A stretch of 64,000 bases of DNA from contig CAWGKG010000019.1 in NCBI GenBank assembly GCA_963823035.1, positions 1-64,000 on the forward strand, read 5' to 3'. Of the stretch, positions 19,671 through 30,331 are shown in pieces (position 1 is the first letter of the stretch; each line of letters opens with the position of its first letter). Position numbers and translations under genes: made by a program. Under the pieces are notes generated by a model, which saw only the letters and a program-made list of their open reading frames with translations, was not told the origin of the DNA and searched no databases. This DNA comes from an uncultured Gemmatimonadales bacterium. Lineage in GTDB: Bacteria; Gemmatimonadota; Gemmatimonadetes; Longimicrobiales; Gaopeijiaceae.

Positions 19671-22600
19671 ATGGCCCAGGTCAGGAAGTTCGGTGCCTTC
19701 GCCGGAGTCTTCACCCCGTCGATCCTTACGATCCTCGGGGTCATCATGTACCTGCGGCTGCCCAGCATCGTCGGGCAGGCAGGCCTATTCCAGACGGTGG
19801 GCATCATCGCCGTCGCGCACATCATCTCCGTGGCCACCGGGCTCAGCGTCTCCTCGATCGCCACGGACAAGAAGGTCAAGGCCGGCGGCACGTACTATAT
19901 CATCTCCCGCAGCCTGGGCCTGCCCGTGGGCGGCACGCTCGGCCTCGCGCTCTTCGTCGGCCTCTCCTTCAGTGTCAGCCTGTATCTGGTGGGCTTCTCG
20001 GAGAGCTTCCTCGGCTACTGGGGGCTGCCCGCGGACGTCAATACCATCCGAATCGCCGGCACGCTCGCGCTGACGGCCGTCACGATCGTCACCCTCATCA
20101 GCACGGCGCTCGCGCTCAGGATGCAGTTCTACATCATGGCGGCGATCGCGGTTTCGCTGCTTTCGATCTTCCTCGGCCATCACGAATTCGTGCCCGCGGC
20201 CCCGCTGCTCCGGCCCATCGCCGACGCCGCTCCGTTCATCGTCCTGTTCGGCATCTTCTTCCCGGCGGTGACGGGCTTCGAGGCGGGGGTCTCGATGTCG
20301 GGCGACCTGAAGGACGCCGAAGCGCGCGATTCCGGCGGGCACGATCTCGGCCATCGTGATCGGCCTGGTCGCCTACATCGGGCTGGCGATCTACTTCGCG
20401 TACACCGTCGACAGCGAGCAGCTCACGGGCAACCCGAACGTGCTGCTCGACATCGCCCTCTTCCCGGCGCTGGTGATCGCCGGCATCTGGGGTGCCACGA
20501 TCTCGTCCGCGTTCGGCAGCATTCTCAGCGCGCCCCGCATCCTGCAGGCGACGGCCGCGGACGGCATCACGCCCCGCTGGTTCTCGGTGGGATACGGCAG
20601 GGAGAACGAGCCGCGGCGAGCGCTGGTGCCGGCATTCCTCATCGCCGAGGTCGGTATCCTGATCGGCGAGCTGAACGTCATCGCGCGCATCGTCTCGATG
20701 TTCTTCATCACCACGTACGGCTTCCTCAACCTGACCGCCGCGATCGAGAGCTGGGTCAGTCCGGACTTCCGGCCGGACTTCCGTGTGCCCAGGTTCGTCG
20801 CGGTCGTCGGTGCGATCGCCTGCTTCGTCGTGATGATCCAGCTCGACTTCCTCGCCATGCTCGGCGCGTCCGTGCTGCTCGGCGGGCTCTACCTGTTGCT
20901 CACACGCAGGCAGCTGCGCCTCGAGACCGGCGACACGTGGGAAGGGGTGTGGTCCTCCGTTGCCCGTTCAGCGCTGCTCCGCCTCGACGCCGGGCTCACG
21001 CACCGGCGCAACTGGCGCCCGAACGTGCTCCTGTTCAGCGGTGGCCGGGCGGTTCGGCCGCACCTGGTGGAGTTCGCGCGTCAGTTGGCGGGCTCCCGCG
21101 GCTTCGTCACGAACTTCGATCTCATCGCCGACGGGGGCGGCCCGTCCCCGCAGCCGCCGCCCTCCGAGGAAGACGCCTCGGCCGCTTCGGGCGCGTTCCC
21201 GTCCTGGGGCGTGTTCACCCGGCGGGTGGGGGTCCCCGACGTGTACGCCGGGATCGCCCAGATCGCGGACCACTACGGATTCGCCGGCATCGAGCCCAAC
21301 ACGGTCGTGATGGGCTACGCCCGGGACCATCGAGACCCCAAACGGTTCACGGAGCTGCTTCAGCATCTCGCGGACGGCGACCTCAACATCCTCTTGCTCG
21401 ACTACGACCGCGATCGTGGCTGGGGGCGGCGTCAGCGGATCGACGTCTGGTGGCGACTCGCGGGCAGCGACGTTTCCTTCGGCCTCGCGCTGATCCGGTT
21501 CCTCGGCAACGCCGACGAGTGGCGGGACGCGGACGTTCGTTTCCTCACCGTGAACGACTTCGACTCCGCGTTCAGCGCATCCATCCTGAGGGACATGGCG
21601 CTGGTTCTCGACGAGCATCGCGTGCAGGCGGCGGTGCGCGTGATCGACAATGTCACGGAGCAGCGACCCTTCGCGGAGATCATCCGTGCCGAGTCGATCG
21701 ACGCGGACCTCACCGTGCTGGGCCTGTCCGATCTCCGCGCGGGAGATGCGGCCCAATTCGTGTCCGACACCAACTACATCGTGGACGTGCTCGGCACGGT
21801 AGTGCTCGCCCACGCCTCCTCGTACTTCGCCGAGCCACTCGTGCACGCCGCAGCCGCGCTGCGCGCGCCCACGCCCGCTCGGGGAACCGAGGTCGTCGCT
21901 CCCGATGCGTCGGTCCAGCTCGGGGAGCCCGAGATCGGGGCGCCGGAAAGCGTGGCCGTGGCCGCGCGCGCGGTCCTTCGCGACCTGCGCTTCGACCTGG
22001 AGTCCATCAACGACGAGTTCGTGCACCGCATCTTCGAGATCGACCGCCAGTTCGTGCGCGACGTGGGTGGCCTGACCGACAGCGTACTCACCGCGCTGGC
22101 GAATTCGTTGGAGAGCGGCGGCTCTTCCGCCGCCGAGGCTACGCAGCGGTCGGGCCATGAGGTCGCTCGCGGCGCGATGGAGCGGATCGAGCGCGAGCGC
22201 ACGGAGGGAGCCGCGGCTCGGACCGCGCTGCTCACAGGGTTCGGCGACCGACTGGCGGCGGCGGTGGCCGCGCGTCTGCCTCAGGTGCCGGATCGGCTCG
22301 ACGTGGTGCCCGACGCGGACCCGGAAGGCGGCTTCCCCTTCGGCACGGGAGGCCCGCTGCGCCGCAAGGCCGGACATCGCGCTCGGGCGAGGATGTTGCT
22401 CGAGGCCCAGCTGTGGACGTTTTCGGCGCGAGCTCGCGCCGCGCTTCGCGAATCGGTCTCCGCCGCGGCGGTGAAGAGCGCGGCCCTCACGCAGCGTTGG
22501 GTGGAGAGCGCCATCGTGGCATGTACGGACATGGAGCGGGTGCACGAGGCCGGCGGCTCGGGCACCGCGCGCGTGTCCATCCAGCCGGAGGCGCTGCGGA

Positions 22601-24816
22601 GCGAGATCGAGGACGCCCTTCTGCAGTCCGGGGAGGAGGAGGAACGGATCACGACCGAGATGGACACGCAGGCCGTCGGCGCCGTCGTGTCCTTCGCCCG
22701 CGAGGCGTCCGCGCCGCGGAGGCGCCGGGCCGAACGTGAGGCCAGGGCGATGGAGGTCGCGGCCCGGAACGAGTCGGTCCGCATCGACGAGTCCATCGAT
22801 GCCCTCCCCGCCGCGCTCGAGCTGCTCCTGAACGGATCGACGCTCGGACTGCGCCTCACCCTTGCCCGTGACCGGGTTCAGCGAGAAGCCGCACGCACGC
22901 GCACTCATCTGGGCGGGTCCATCTTCGAACCCACGGCTCGACGGCTCGAACGCCTTGGAGGCGTCCTTCGGCAGGTGCGTGGCGCGCTGGACGCCGACGC
23001 GGCCGCCGAGGTCGAGTCCGCCGTGCACTACCACCTGGCGCTGAGCGCCGAGTCCCTGCTCACCGGGCTCGGCGAACGCGCCGAGGCCCTTGCCGCCGAC
23101 CTCCCGGAGTCGCTCGACGTCGTCAGCGTCGAGACGGAGGCGTTCCTCGCGCAGGGCCGACCGGAAGAGGTAGCCGCCACGGAGCTGCCGGTTCGTGACG
23201 TGTTCGAGTACCTGGTCCGGAACGAGGTTCTCGCGCCGCTGCTCGACGAGACGACGCGGGCGCTCGACGAGGTCGAAGCCTCCGCCGACGTCTGCCGCGA
23301 GGTCGCGCAGTTGGCGGCCTTCGAGCTGCGCGCCCCGGAGGAGTCCGCCCGTGCCTTCCCCGGCGATGCCGGCGACTCCGGTGAGACCGGCGACATCGGC
23401 GTCGACGTGATCGTGCGGAGCGGGACGGAGAGGATCGAACGGGAGGTGGCCCGCCTGCTCGACGCCGGCAGGGCGTTCGACGAGGCCGTGCAGCGGCACT
23501 TCCAGGGTCTGGTGGCGCGCTTGGACCCGTTCAGCTTCGGCCGTGTCGCAGCTCGGTTGCAGCAGTACGTGCGGAGCGAGCGGGGGCGCGGCCTCGTCGG
23601 CGCGATCACACGCCTTCGTCTGCGTGTGGGCCACGCATTGGCCGAGCAGGCGACCGGGCTCGCGTACCGACGGAGCGAGGGCGTCCTGCTGGCTCGCCGT
23701 CTGGAACGGGAGGGCGCCGAAGGCCGCGGCCCGGGCCTGCGTGTCGGCCGTCTGGTGAAGGCCGTCTCACCGCGGCCCGAGGTCCTCGAGAAGCTGCCCA
23801 CGTTCTACCGGCAACTGTTTCTCGGCGGCGGCGCCGTTACGCGGGACACCCTCGGCTTCGACGCGGAGGTCGCCGAAGCGGAGGCAGCCGTGCAGGCACA
23901 CCGCCGCGGCATGCGCGGCGCGCTCTTCATCGTCGCCGAGCAAGGCCACGGTCGGGCCACCCTTTCGGCCATGCTGACGCAGCGCCACTTCCCGCGGGGC
24001 GCCGTCTTCCGGGTCGACCCCGTCGAAGGCGGATCGATCGACCCGGACACGTTCGGGCTCCGACTCGCCACCGCGCTCCGGATGCCGCGCTCGGACCCGG
24101 CCCGGATGCTCTCCCGCGTGCCCGTCGGATCGGCGGTCATCGTCAACGACCTCGGCCTGTGGTGGGAACGCACCCCGGACGGGAACGCCGTGCTCGACCT
24201 CCTCAGCGGGCTGATGGAGCGCTTCGACGACCGCTGCCTGTTCGTCGTCAACGCCAACATCCACGCGTTCCGCCTCATGAACCGGATCCGGCCGATGGAC
24301 GACCGGATCCTCGCGCTCATCGAATGCGAGCCCTTCCACGCCCGCGAGTTGAAGGAGCTCGTCCTGCAGCGTCATGGCGCGGGTGGGCTCGGCTTCTCGA
24401 TCGACGGCCGGCCGGAAGAGGAGCTGTCCGACTGGCAGATCGCACGTTTCTTCGACGCGCTCTTCGCGTACTCCAACGGCAACATCGGCGCCGCCCTGAG
24501 CACGTGGATCGCTTCGATCCGCGAGGTCGAAGACGGCACGGTCCACCTGGTGACGCCGCGGCGTCCACGCCTGGAGCCCTTCTCGGATCTCGGGCCGATC
24601 CAGCGAATGATCGGCGTACAACTCGTGATCCACGATCGGGCCGCGCTGGATCGGCTGGTCCGTATCACCCGGCTGGACCGCGCCGTCCTCGCTCGCGAGA
24701 TGCGGGTGCTGCAGGGCTGCGGTCTGCTCGTGCAGCGACCCGGTGGAGCCTATCAGGTCGACCGCTTCGCCCGCCCGCACTTCATCCGCTTCCTCAGGCA
24801 GGAGGGGCTCTTGTGA
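19671..24816 (+). CDS. Cation-chloride cotransporter (SLC12/APC)-like permease fused to a helical + AAA+-like region (~1710 aa; one frameshift near 20317)
   Basis: KFGAFAGVFTPSILTILGVIMYLR, GGTYYIISRSLG, FFPAVTG..G.SMSGDLKD, SAPRILQA, RNWRPNVLLF, IDVWW; later LPTFYRQLF, AEQGHGRAT, VIVNDLGLWWER. Confidence 0.85.
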
Positions 24817-25523
24817 TCGAGCTGACTTCCTGGGTCGCTCGGGTCGCCGCCGTCGTCGCCCTGGTCGCGGTGGTCGTCCTGCTTCGCAGGTTGGAGCCCT
24901 ACCTCCCGTCCCAGCGTGCACGCCGATTCCTGCGACGTGCGGTCGTCCCGCCCGTCGAGCTGCTCGCGGCCGTGAGCGTGGCCGGCCTCGTCTTCGCGAG
25001 GCTGGTCGACGGGCGGACCGCATGGGTCGCGATCGCGTGGGCCGGGCTGGCCCTCGCCCTCGCGTGGACGGCGCGCACGGCGATCGAGGACTTCGTGGCC
25101 GGTGCGCTGCTGCGCATGGAGGGCGGCGTCGAACGTGGCCGCAAAGTCGGGGTGGCCGGCGTCTCGGGGAAGATCGCGCGCCTGGGCTATCGGTCGATCG
25201 AGATCGAGGGCGACGACGGGTCGACCATCCGCCTGCCCTGGCGGAACGTGGCGCGGGACGCGATGCGTCTTCGCGAGGGCACGTCCGCGAGCAGGTCGCA
25301 CAGCTTCACCATCACCGTATCACGCACGAGGCCCATCGAACGCGTTCTCGAGGAGATCCCTGCGGCGGCCCTCGTCTCACCGTGGGCCTCGACGACGCGG
25401 CTTCCCGAGGTCAGGTTGCAGGCTCAGACCGACCAGAGCTACGTGCTCGAGGTGACCACCCACGCGCTCGACGCGCGCTTCGCCCCACAGATCGAAGCGG
25501 ATATCCGGAAGCGCATGTCCTAG
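24813..25523 (+). CDS. Divergent MscS-family protein
   Basis: Three TM segments then AIEDFVAGALL..G..V.V.GVSGKIARLGYRSIEIEGDDGSTIRLP (MscS beta domain); GTGA overlap with the upstream gene. Confidence 0.75.
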   Translation: MIELTSWVARVAAVVALVAVVVLLRRLEPYLPSQRARRFLRRAVVPPVELLAAVSVAGLVFARLVDGRTAWVAIAWAGLALALAWTARTAIEDFVAGALLRMEGGVERGRKVGVAGVSGKIARLGYRSIEIEGDDGSTIRLPWRNVARDAMRLREGTSASRSHSFTITVSRTRPIERVLEEIPAAALVSPWASTTRLPEVRLQAQTDQSYVLEVTTHALDARFAPQIEADIRKRMS

Positions 25524-25558
25524 CAGGGCATGCCCGGGCTGCTGGACGAATGGAGCCA

Positions 25559-26263
25559 ATGGACGCCAATCGGAGGTTCTCGGAGCGGGAGGTCGCGCTG
25601 GTCCTCCGGAAGGCCACGGAGATGGAGGAGCACGAGGCGCCCTCCGGAAGTGGCCTCTCCCTCCGCGACCTGGAACAGATCGCCGGGGAGGTGGGCATCT
25701 CCCCGGCGATCATCCAGCGCGCGGTGGCCGAGCTGGACAGGAAGGGGGGCGCAGTCAACCCGCTGGCCGGCGCGCCCCTCTCGCACGAAGCCATCCGGGC
25801 CGTGGCGGGGGAGCTGGGCCCGGACGGGATGGCGACCCTCGTCGCCGCGGTTGAGGGCGGGAGTGATCAAGTGGGTGAGGTGACCGAGGCGTTGGGCACC
25901 ACACGCTGGACCGCTCGCGACCGCTTCCGGACCACCCAGGTGGCCATCACCTCGGCCAAGGGCGGTACCACCGTCCGGGTGGTGGAGCGCGCCAGCGCAC
26001 GCCTGAAGCGCATCATGCACGCCGTCCCGGCCGCATGGGGTGCGATGTTGGGCACGGTGGTCTTCAGAGCCACGGACCCCAGCGCCGCGCTGGTCGTGGC
26101 CACCCTGGCAGGGAGCGCCGCGGTCGGTGGACTCCTGGGCCGGTTCGCCTGGAGCCGGATGTCGGCTGCCCGGGCCGCGCGGGTGGAGCGCCTGGCCGCG
26201 GAGCTGGCGCAGGAAGCCGAGGCGATCGCAAAGCCCGGGGACGGCGGGGCACCTCCTCCGTGA
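25559..26263 (+). CDS. Hypothetical membrane protein
   Basis: RRFSEREVALVLRKATE..GLSLRDLEQIAGEVGI N-terminus and two C-terminal TM helices. Confidence 0.7.
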   Translation: MDANRRFSEREVALVLRKATEMEEHEAPSGSGLSLRDLEQIAGEVGISPAIIQRAVAELDRKGGAVNPLAGAPLSHEAIRAVAGELGPDGMATLVAAVEGGSDQVGEVTEALGTTRWTARDRFRTTQVAITSAKGGTTVRVVERASARLKRIMHAVPAAWGAMLGTVVFRATDPSAALVVATLAGSAAVGGLLGRFAWSRMSAARAARVERLAAELAQEAEAIAKPGDGGAPPP

Positions 26264-26301
26264 ACCGGAAGCAGGCCGTGTGGCCCTGCCCGGTCGGAGC
26301 G

Positions 26302-27123
26302 TCAGCCCGTGGGTTCGGATTCCGGAGATTCGAGCTCGCGGTACAGCCGGCTCACGCAGTCCGGACAGAGCCCATGCGTGAACACGGCCTCGGAATGGCT
26401 GGACACGTAGGAGTGCACCTCCTTCCAATCGCCCTGCTCGTCGCGGATCTTCTTGCAGCTCGCGCACATCGGCAGGAGCCCGCTCAGCAACTTCACGTGG
26501 GCCATGGCGGCCTGGAGCTGCTCGATAAGCTGCTCGCGCTCGGCCTGGGCGCGGCGGCGATCCGTGACGTCCAGCACGGCGGCGCGGCATTCCTGTTGAT
26601 CCCCCAGACGCTCGGCCTCGATGTGCACGAACAGCTGAACCCCGTCCGCCCGGAGAAGCTGGACCTCGTGGGTCCTGCGACCGGTGACCGAGAAGACGTC
26701 CTCGAGAAACCGGTCGAAAGCAGGCCGATCCGCCGAGGGCACGAACTCGGCGAAGGCGCGACCCGCGAGCGCCGCACGATCCCGGCCGAGGAGGCTCGCG
26801 CCAGCGAGGTTGACCGTCTCGATCTCGCCGTCGGGCGTCCAGGTGAAGTACCCGATGGGCGCGAAATCGTACAGCTCCGTGTAGTGGCGCAGAGCGACAT
26901 CGACCTCGGCTTGGACGCGATGGAGCTCCTCGTTCTGCGCCTCCAGCTCGATTTGATGGACCTGGAGCTCGTGCAGCAGCCGGGCGGCGTCGGCTTCCGA
27001 ACCACGCAGGCGGGGCGAGTGCGCACGTGCCTTCAACCGCTCCTCGGCGAGGCGGCGTAGCTCCCCTTCATCGGTGACGGGAGGGGTCGATTCGGCGTTG
27101 GATCCAGACGGGTCGTCAGGCAT
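26302..27123 (-). CDS. PAS-domain protein with C-terminal Cys/His motif, no kinase domain
   Basis: LLHELQVHQIELEAQNEEL, YTELYDFAPIGY (PAS), DVTDRR, LPMCASCKKIRD..W..FTHGLCPDC. Confidence 0.85.
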   Translation of the reverse strand: MPDDPSGSNAESTPPVTDEGELRRLAEERLKARAHSPRLRGSEADAARLLHELQVHQIELEAQNEELHRVQAEVDVALRHYTELYDFAPIGYFTWTPDGEIETVNLAGASLLGRDRAALAGRAFAEFVPSADRPAFDRFLEDVFSVTGRRTHEVQLLRADGVQLFVHIEAERLGDQQECRAAVLDVTDRRRAQAEREQLIEQLQAAMAHVKLLSGLLPMCASCKKIRDEQGDWKEVHSYVSSHSEAVFTHGLCPDCVSRLYRELESPESEPTG

Positions 27124-29715
27124 GGTTCAGTCCTGGAGGGTCCCGCCACCCTGTTCGCGAGCAGTTCTCGCAGGCGCACCTCCTTGGCGCGCAGCTCGTT
27201 CTCCAGCTTCTTGATCGCGGTGATGCTCGTAAACGTCACCACCAACCCGTCGATCCGATTGTCCTGGGTGCGGTAGGGCATGATCCGCACCCGGAACCAC
27301 CTCCCGTCGTGGGTCGCGACCTCCCTCTCCTGGAAGAGCAGTGTCTCGAAGACCGAGCGCGCGTCGTCGAAGATGCCCGGATAGTCCAGATCGGTGCTCA
27401 GGTCCGAGAGGGGCCTGCCCACGTCCGTTGGAAGGAGCTTGAAGACCTCCGTCATCGCGGGAGTGAAGCGCCGCACGAGGAGCCCGTCGCCCAGGAACAG
27501 CGTGGCGATGTCGGTGCTGTTGAGGAGATTGCTCATGTCGCTGCTGCTGCGCGACAACTCGTCGAGCTTGGCCTGCAGCTCGTTGTTGACGGTTTGCAGC
27601 TCCTCGTTCATGGACTGCATCTCCTCCTTCGAGGTCGTGAGCTCCTCGTTGGTGGATTGCAGCTCCTCGTTGATGGACCGCAGCTCCTCGTTGGCGGACT
27701 CTCAGCTCCTCCTGTGAGGCCTGCATCGCCTCGCGGGTCGTCTTGAGCTCGTGGCGAGTCCGTGCCAACTCGGCCTCCAACGCGGCGTGCCGGTCATCGG
27801 TCGTCGACGCGCCGCGGCCGCGGCGCGATGCGACGCGGCCGAAGACCTGGCGCCGTCCCGGAAGACGACCAGCACCATCCCCGCCACCGCCGCCGGTGTC
27901 GGGAGCGGACGCACCGTCACGTCCACCTCCTGCGTGCCTCCGTTTGCGGGTACCCGGACCCGGTCGAGCTTCACGACGGACCCCTGACGCACCGCCCTGC
28001 GAAGGGCTCCCGGCAGGGCGTGGTCGAGACCCTCCCGGGCCATCGCGAAGAGATTGAGGTTGGCCTTGCCGGCCGCCGGCTCCAGGTATTGTCCGGTCTT
28101 GCCGCTCACGTGGACGATGTCACCGGCTTCGGTCACGACGACCGCCGCGGGTGCATAGTCCTGCAACAACAGGCCATCGATCACGGACTGGAGGCTGCTT
28201 TCGTCGGACTGCTGCCGTGCGTACGGCGTGACGGTTGCTTCGGGAGAGCGCCGCCGTCCGGTCATGCCGGGGAGCTCCGCCGGGGGCGCGCCGGGCGCGG
28301 GCTCGTTGCGCCGGAAGAACCGCGTATCTCCGGCCAGCGGCGCGAACAGATCGGGTGCCGTGCCGACCGTCTCCGACGTGCCGAGCAGAAGCACGCCCCC
28401 CGGGTTGAGACTGTAGTGGAACGCCGACAGGAGCCTCCTCTGCAGCTCCGGTTCGAGGTAGATCAGGAGGTTCCGGCAGGAAAGCAGATCCAGCTTCGTG
28501 AACGGGGGGTCGGTCACCAGGTTCTGCGGAGCGAAGATGACGAGCTCGCGAATCGCCGACCCGACCCGATAGCCGCGCTCGGCTTCGACGAAGAACCTGC
28601 GCAGGCGCTCCGGGGAGACGTCCGCGGCGATGTTGGGCGGATACGGTGCCGGCCCGGGCCCTGGCGATGGCGTCCTTGTCCAGGTCGGTCGCGAACACCT
28701 GCAGCGATAGCTTCGCGGGCGGCTTCGCCCCGTCCATGGCCTCCTTGAAGGCGATCGCCAGGGAGTAGGCTTCCTCCCCCGTCGAACAGGCGGGGATCCA
28801 CGCGCGCAGCACGCCCCCCTCGGGCCGTGAGGCGAAGAGGGCGGGGAGGACCTCGGCGATCAACTGATCCCACACGGCGGAGTCGCGGAAGAAGCTCGTC
28901 ACGCCGATCAGCAGCTCGCGAAACAGGACGTCGCATTCCTGGGCGTTGGCCTGGAGGTACCGCACGTAGTCGGTGAGCAGAGGCAGTTGATGGATGCCCA
29001 TGCGCCGCTCGACGCGGCGGTAGATCGTGCTCTTCTTGTAGAGTGAGAGGTCGTGACCGGTTCGCGTCCGGAGTAGGAGGATCACCTTCTCGATCCCACT
29101 CTGGTGCGGGTCGTCCGCCGGCCCGTCCGGGGGCCCGACGAGCACGGGAACGTGCCTGAGGTAGGAGAGGATCCGCTCCGGCAACGCCTCCACGGGGGCG
29201 ACGACATCGGCGAGCCCCGCGTCGATCGCGCTGCGAGGCATGCTGTCGTACCTGGCCGACTCCGGACTCTGCACGAAGGCCGCGCCCGCCCTCTCCTTGA
29301 TCGCACGCAGTCCGAGGGTACCGTCCGACCCCATCCCGGACAGGATGACGCCGATGCTGTCTTCCTGCTGATCCGCCGCCAAAGAGCGCAGGAAGAAGTC
29401 GATCGGCAGGCGAAGGCCGCGCGGCGCGCTCGGCTCGAGCAGGTGCAGCACGCCGTTGAGCAGCGAGAGATCGGCGTTGGGCGGAATGACGTAGACGTGA
29501 TCGGCCTCGACCGCGGTCCGGTCCGTGACCTCGACCACGGGAATCGGGGTCGTCCGCTGCAGCAGTTCGACGAGCGCGCCCTTGTGGGTCGGGTCCAGGT
29601 GCTGCACGATCACGAAGGCGAGGCCCGAGCCTTCCGGTATGTTCCCCAGGAAAAGCTCCAGCGCTTCCAGCCCGCCGGCCGAAGCCCCGATCCCGACGGT
29701 GGCGCGGGCGTCCAC
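27033..29715 (-). CDS. CheB-CheR-coiled coil-PAS fusion protein (frameshifts near 28645, 27800, 27700; true stop may be 27127)
   Basis: GASAGGLEAL, VQHLDP, ILSGMGSDG (CheB triad); IGVTSFFRD, ACSTGEEAYSLA, DLLSCRNLLIY (CheR); NEELQSTNEEL heptads; PAS domain. Confidence 0.88.
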
Positions 29716-29720
29716 GCTCG

Positions 29721-30200
29721 TCAGAACTTCAGGGCGAAGTGGATGAGCCTATGCGCCTTCTCCTTCTCCTTGCCCCAATACACGACGCCGAGGTACACCC
29801 CCGGGCTCACCTCGCGGATCTCGTCGCGGATCCACTGCGCGACGATCGACGTGTGCGAGTAGTCGAGGACGATGCACTCCTTCTCGTCGAGCCAGCTCGC
29901 TCCCTTGTACACCTGGGCCACGACCGCCTTGTGGCCGAGTGGGAGCAGACGGTTCTTCAGCCAACTGCGCGAGGGATCCGCTTCGTCGCGCTCGAAGACC
30001 TTGCCCTTCCACGTGAAGATGTGGACGAACTTCGCGATGGCGTCCGACACGTCGTGGCCGGGCGCTACGATGGCTGTGCCCTCGCCTTGCCCCGTCGGGA
30101 TCTGCCCAACCGGGCTCGTGCGGAAGATCTCGTCGAGCTGGTCGTGCGTCAGGTCGAGGAACGCGGCGGGGTCGGTGATGGGCTGCTTCTGGGTTTGCAT
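29721..30200 (-). CDS. Hypothetical protein
   Basis: Typical codon usage; WKGKVF..A.VY.G.SWLD.KECIVLDYS..IRDEIREVSPGVYLG; 5 bp upstream of cheBR. Confidence 0.7.
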   Translation of the reverse strand: MQTQKQPITDPAAFLDLTHDQLDEIFRTSPVGQIPTGQGEGTAIVAPGHDVSDAIAKFVHIFTWKGKVFERDEADPSRSWLKNRLLPLGHKAVVAQVYKGASWLDEKECIVLDYSHTSIVAQWIRDEIREVSPGVYLGVVYWGKEKEKAHRLIHFALKF

Positions 30201-30331
30201 GGGATACGCTCCGGCCGGATCGGGGCAGGGTGGAGGGTCACGGAGGGGCATCCGCGGCAGGGTTCCTGCCACCCGGCAATTCTGCCCCATGTGGGCCGCG
30301 ACTGCAATCTCCAGCGATTTCCGCCCGCGCC

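Noticed and set aside
27580..27700. 21-bp periodic AACGAGGAGCTG-like repeats as a CRISPR or tandem repeat
   Set aside because: They encode the NEELQS heptads of the CheBR coiled coil.
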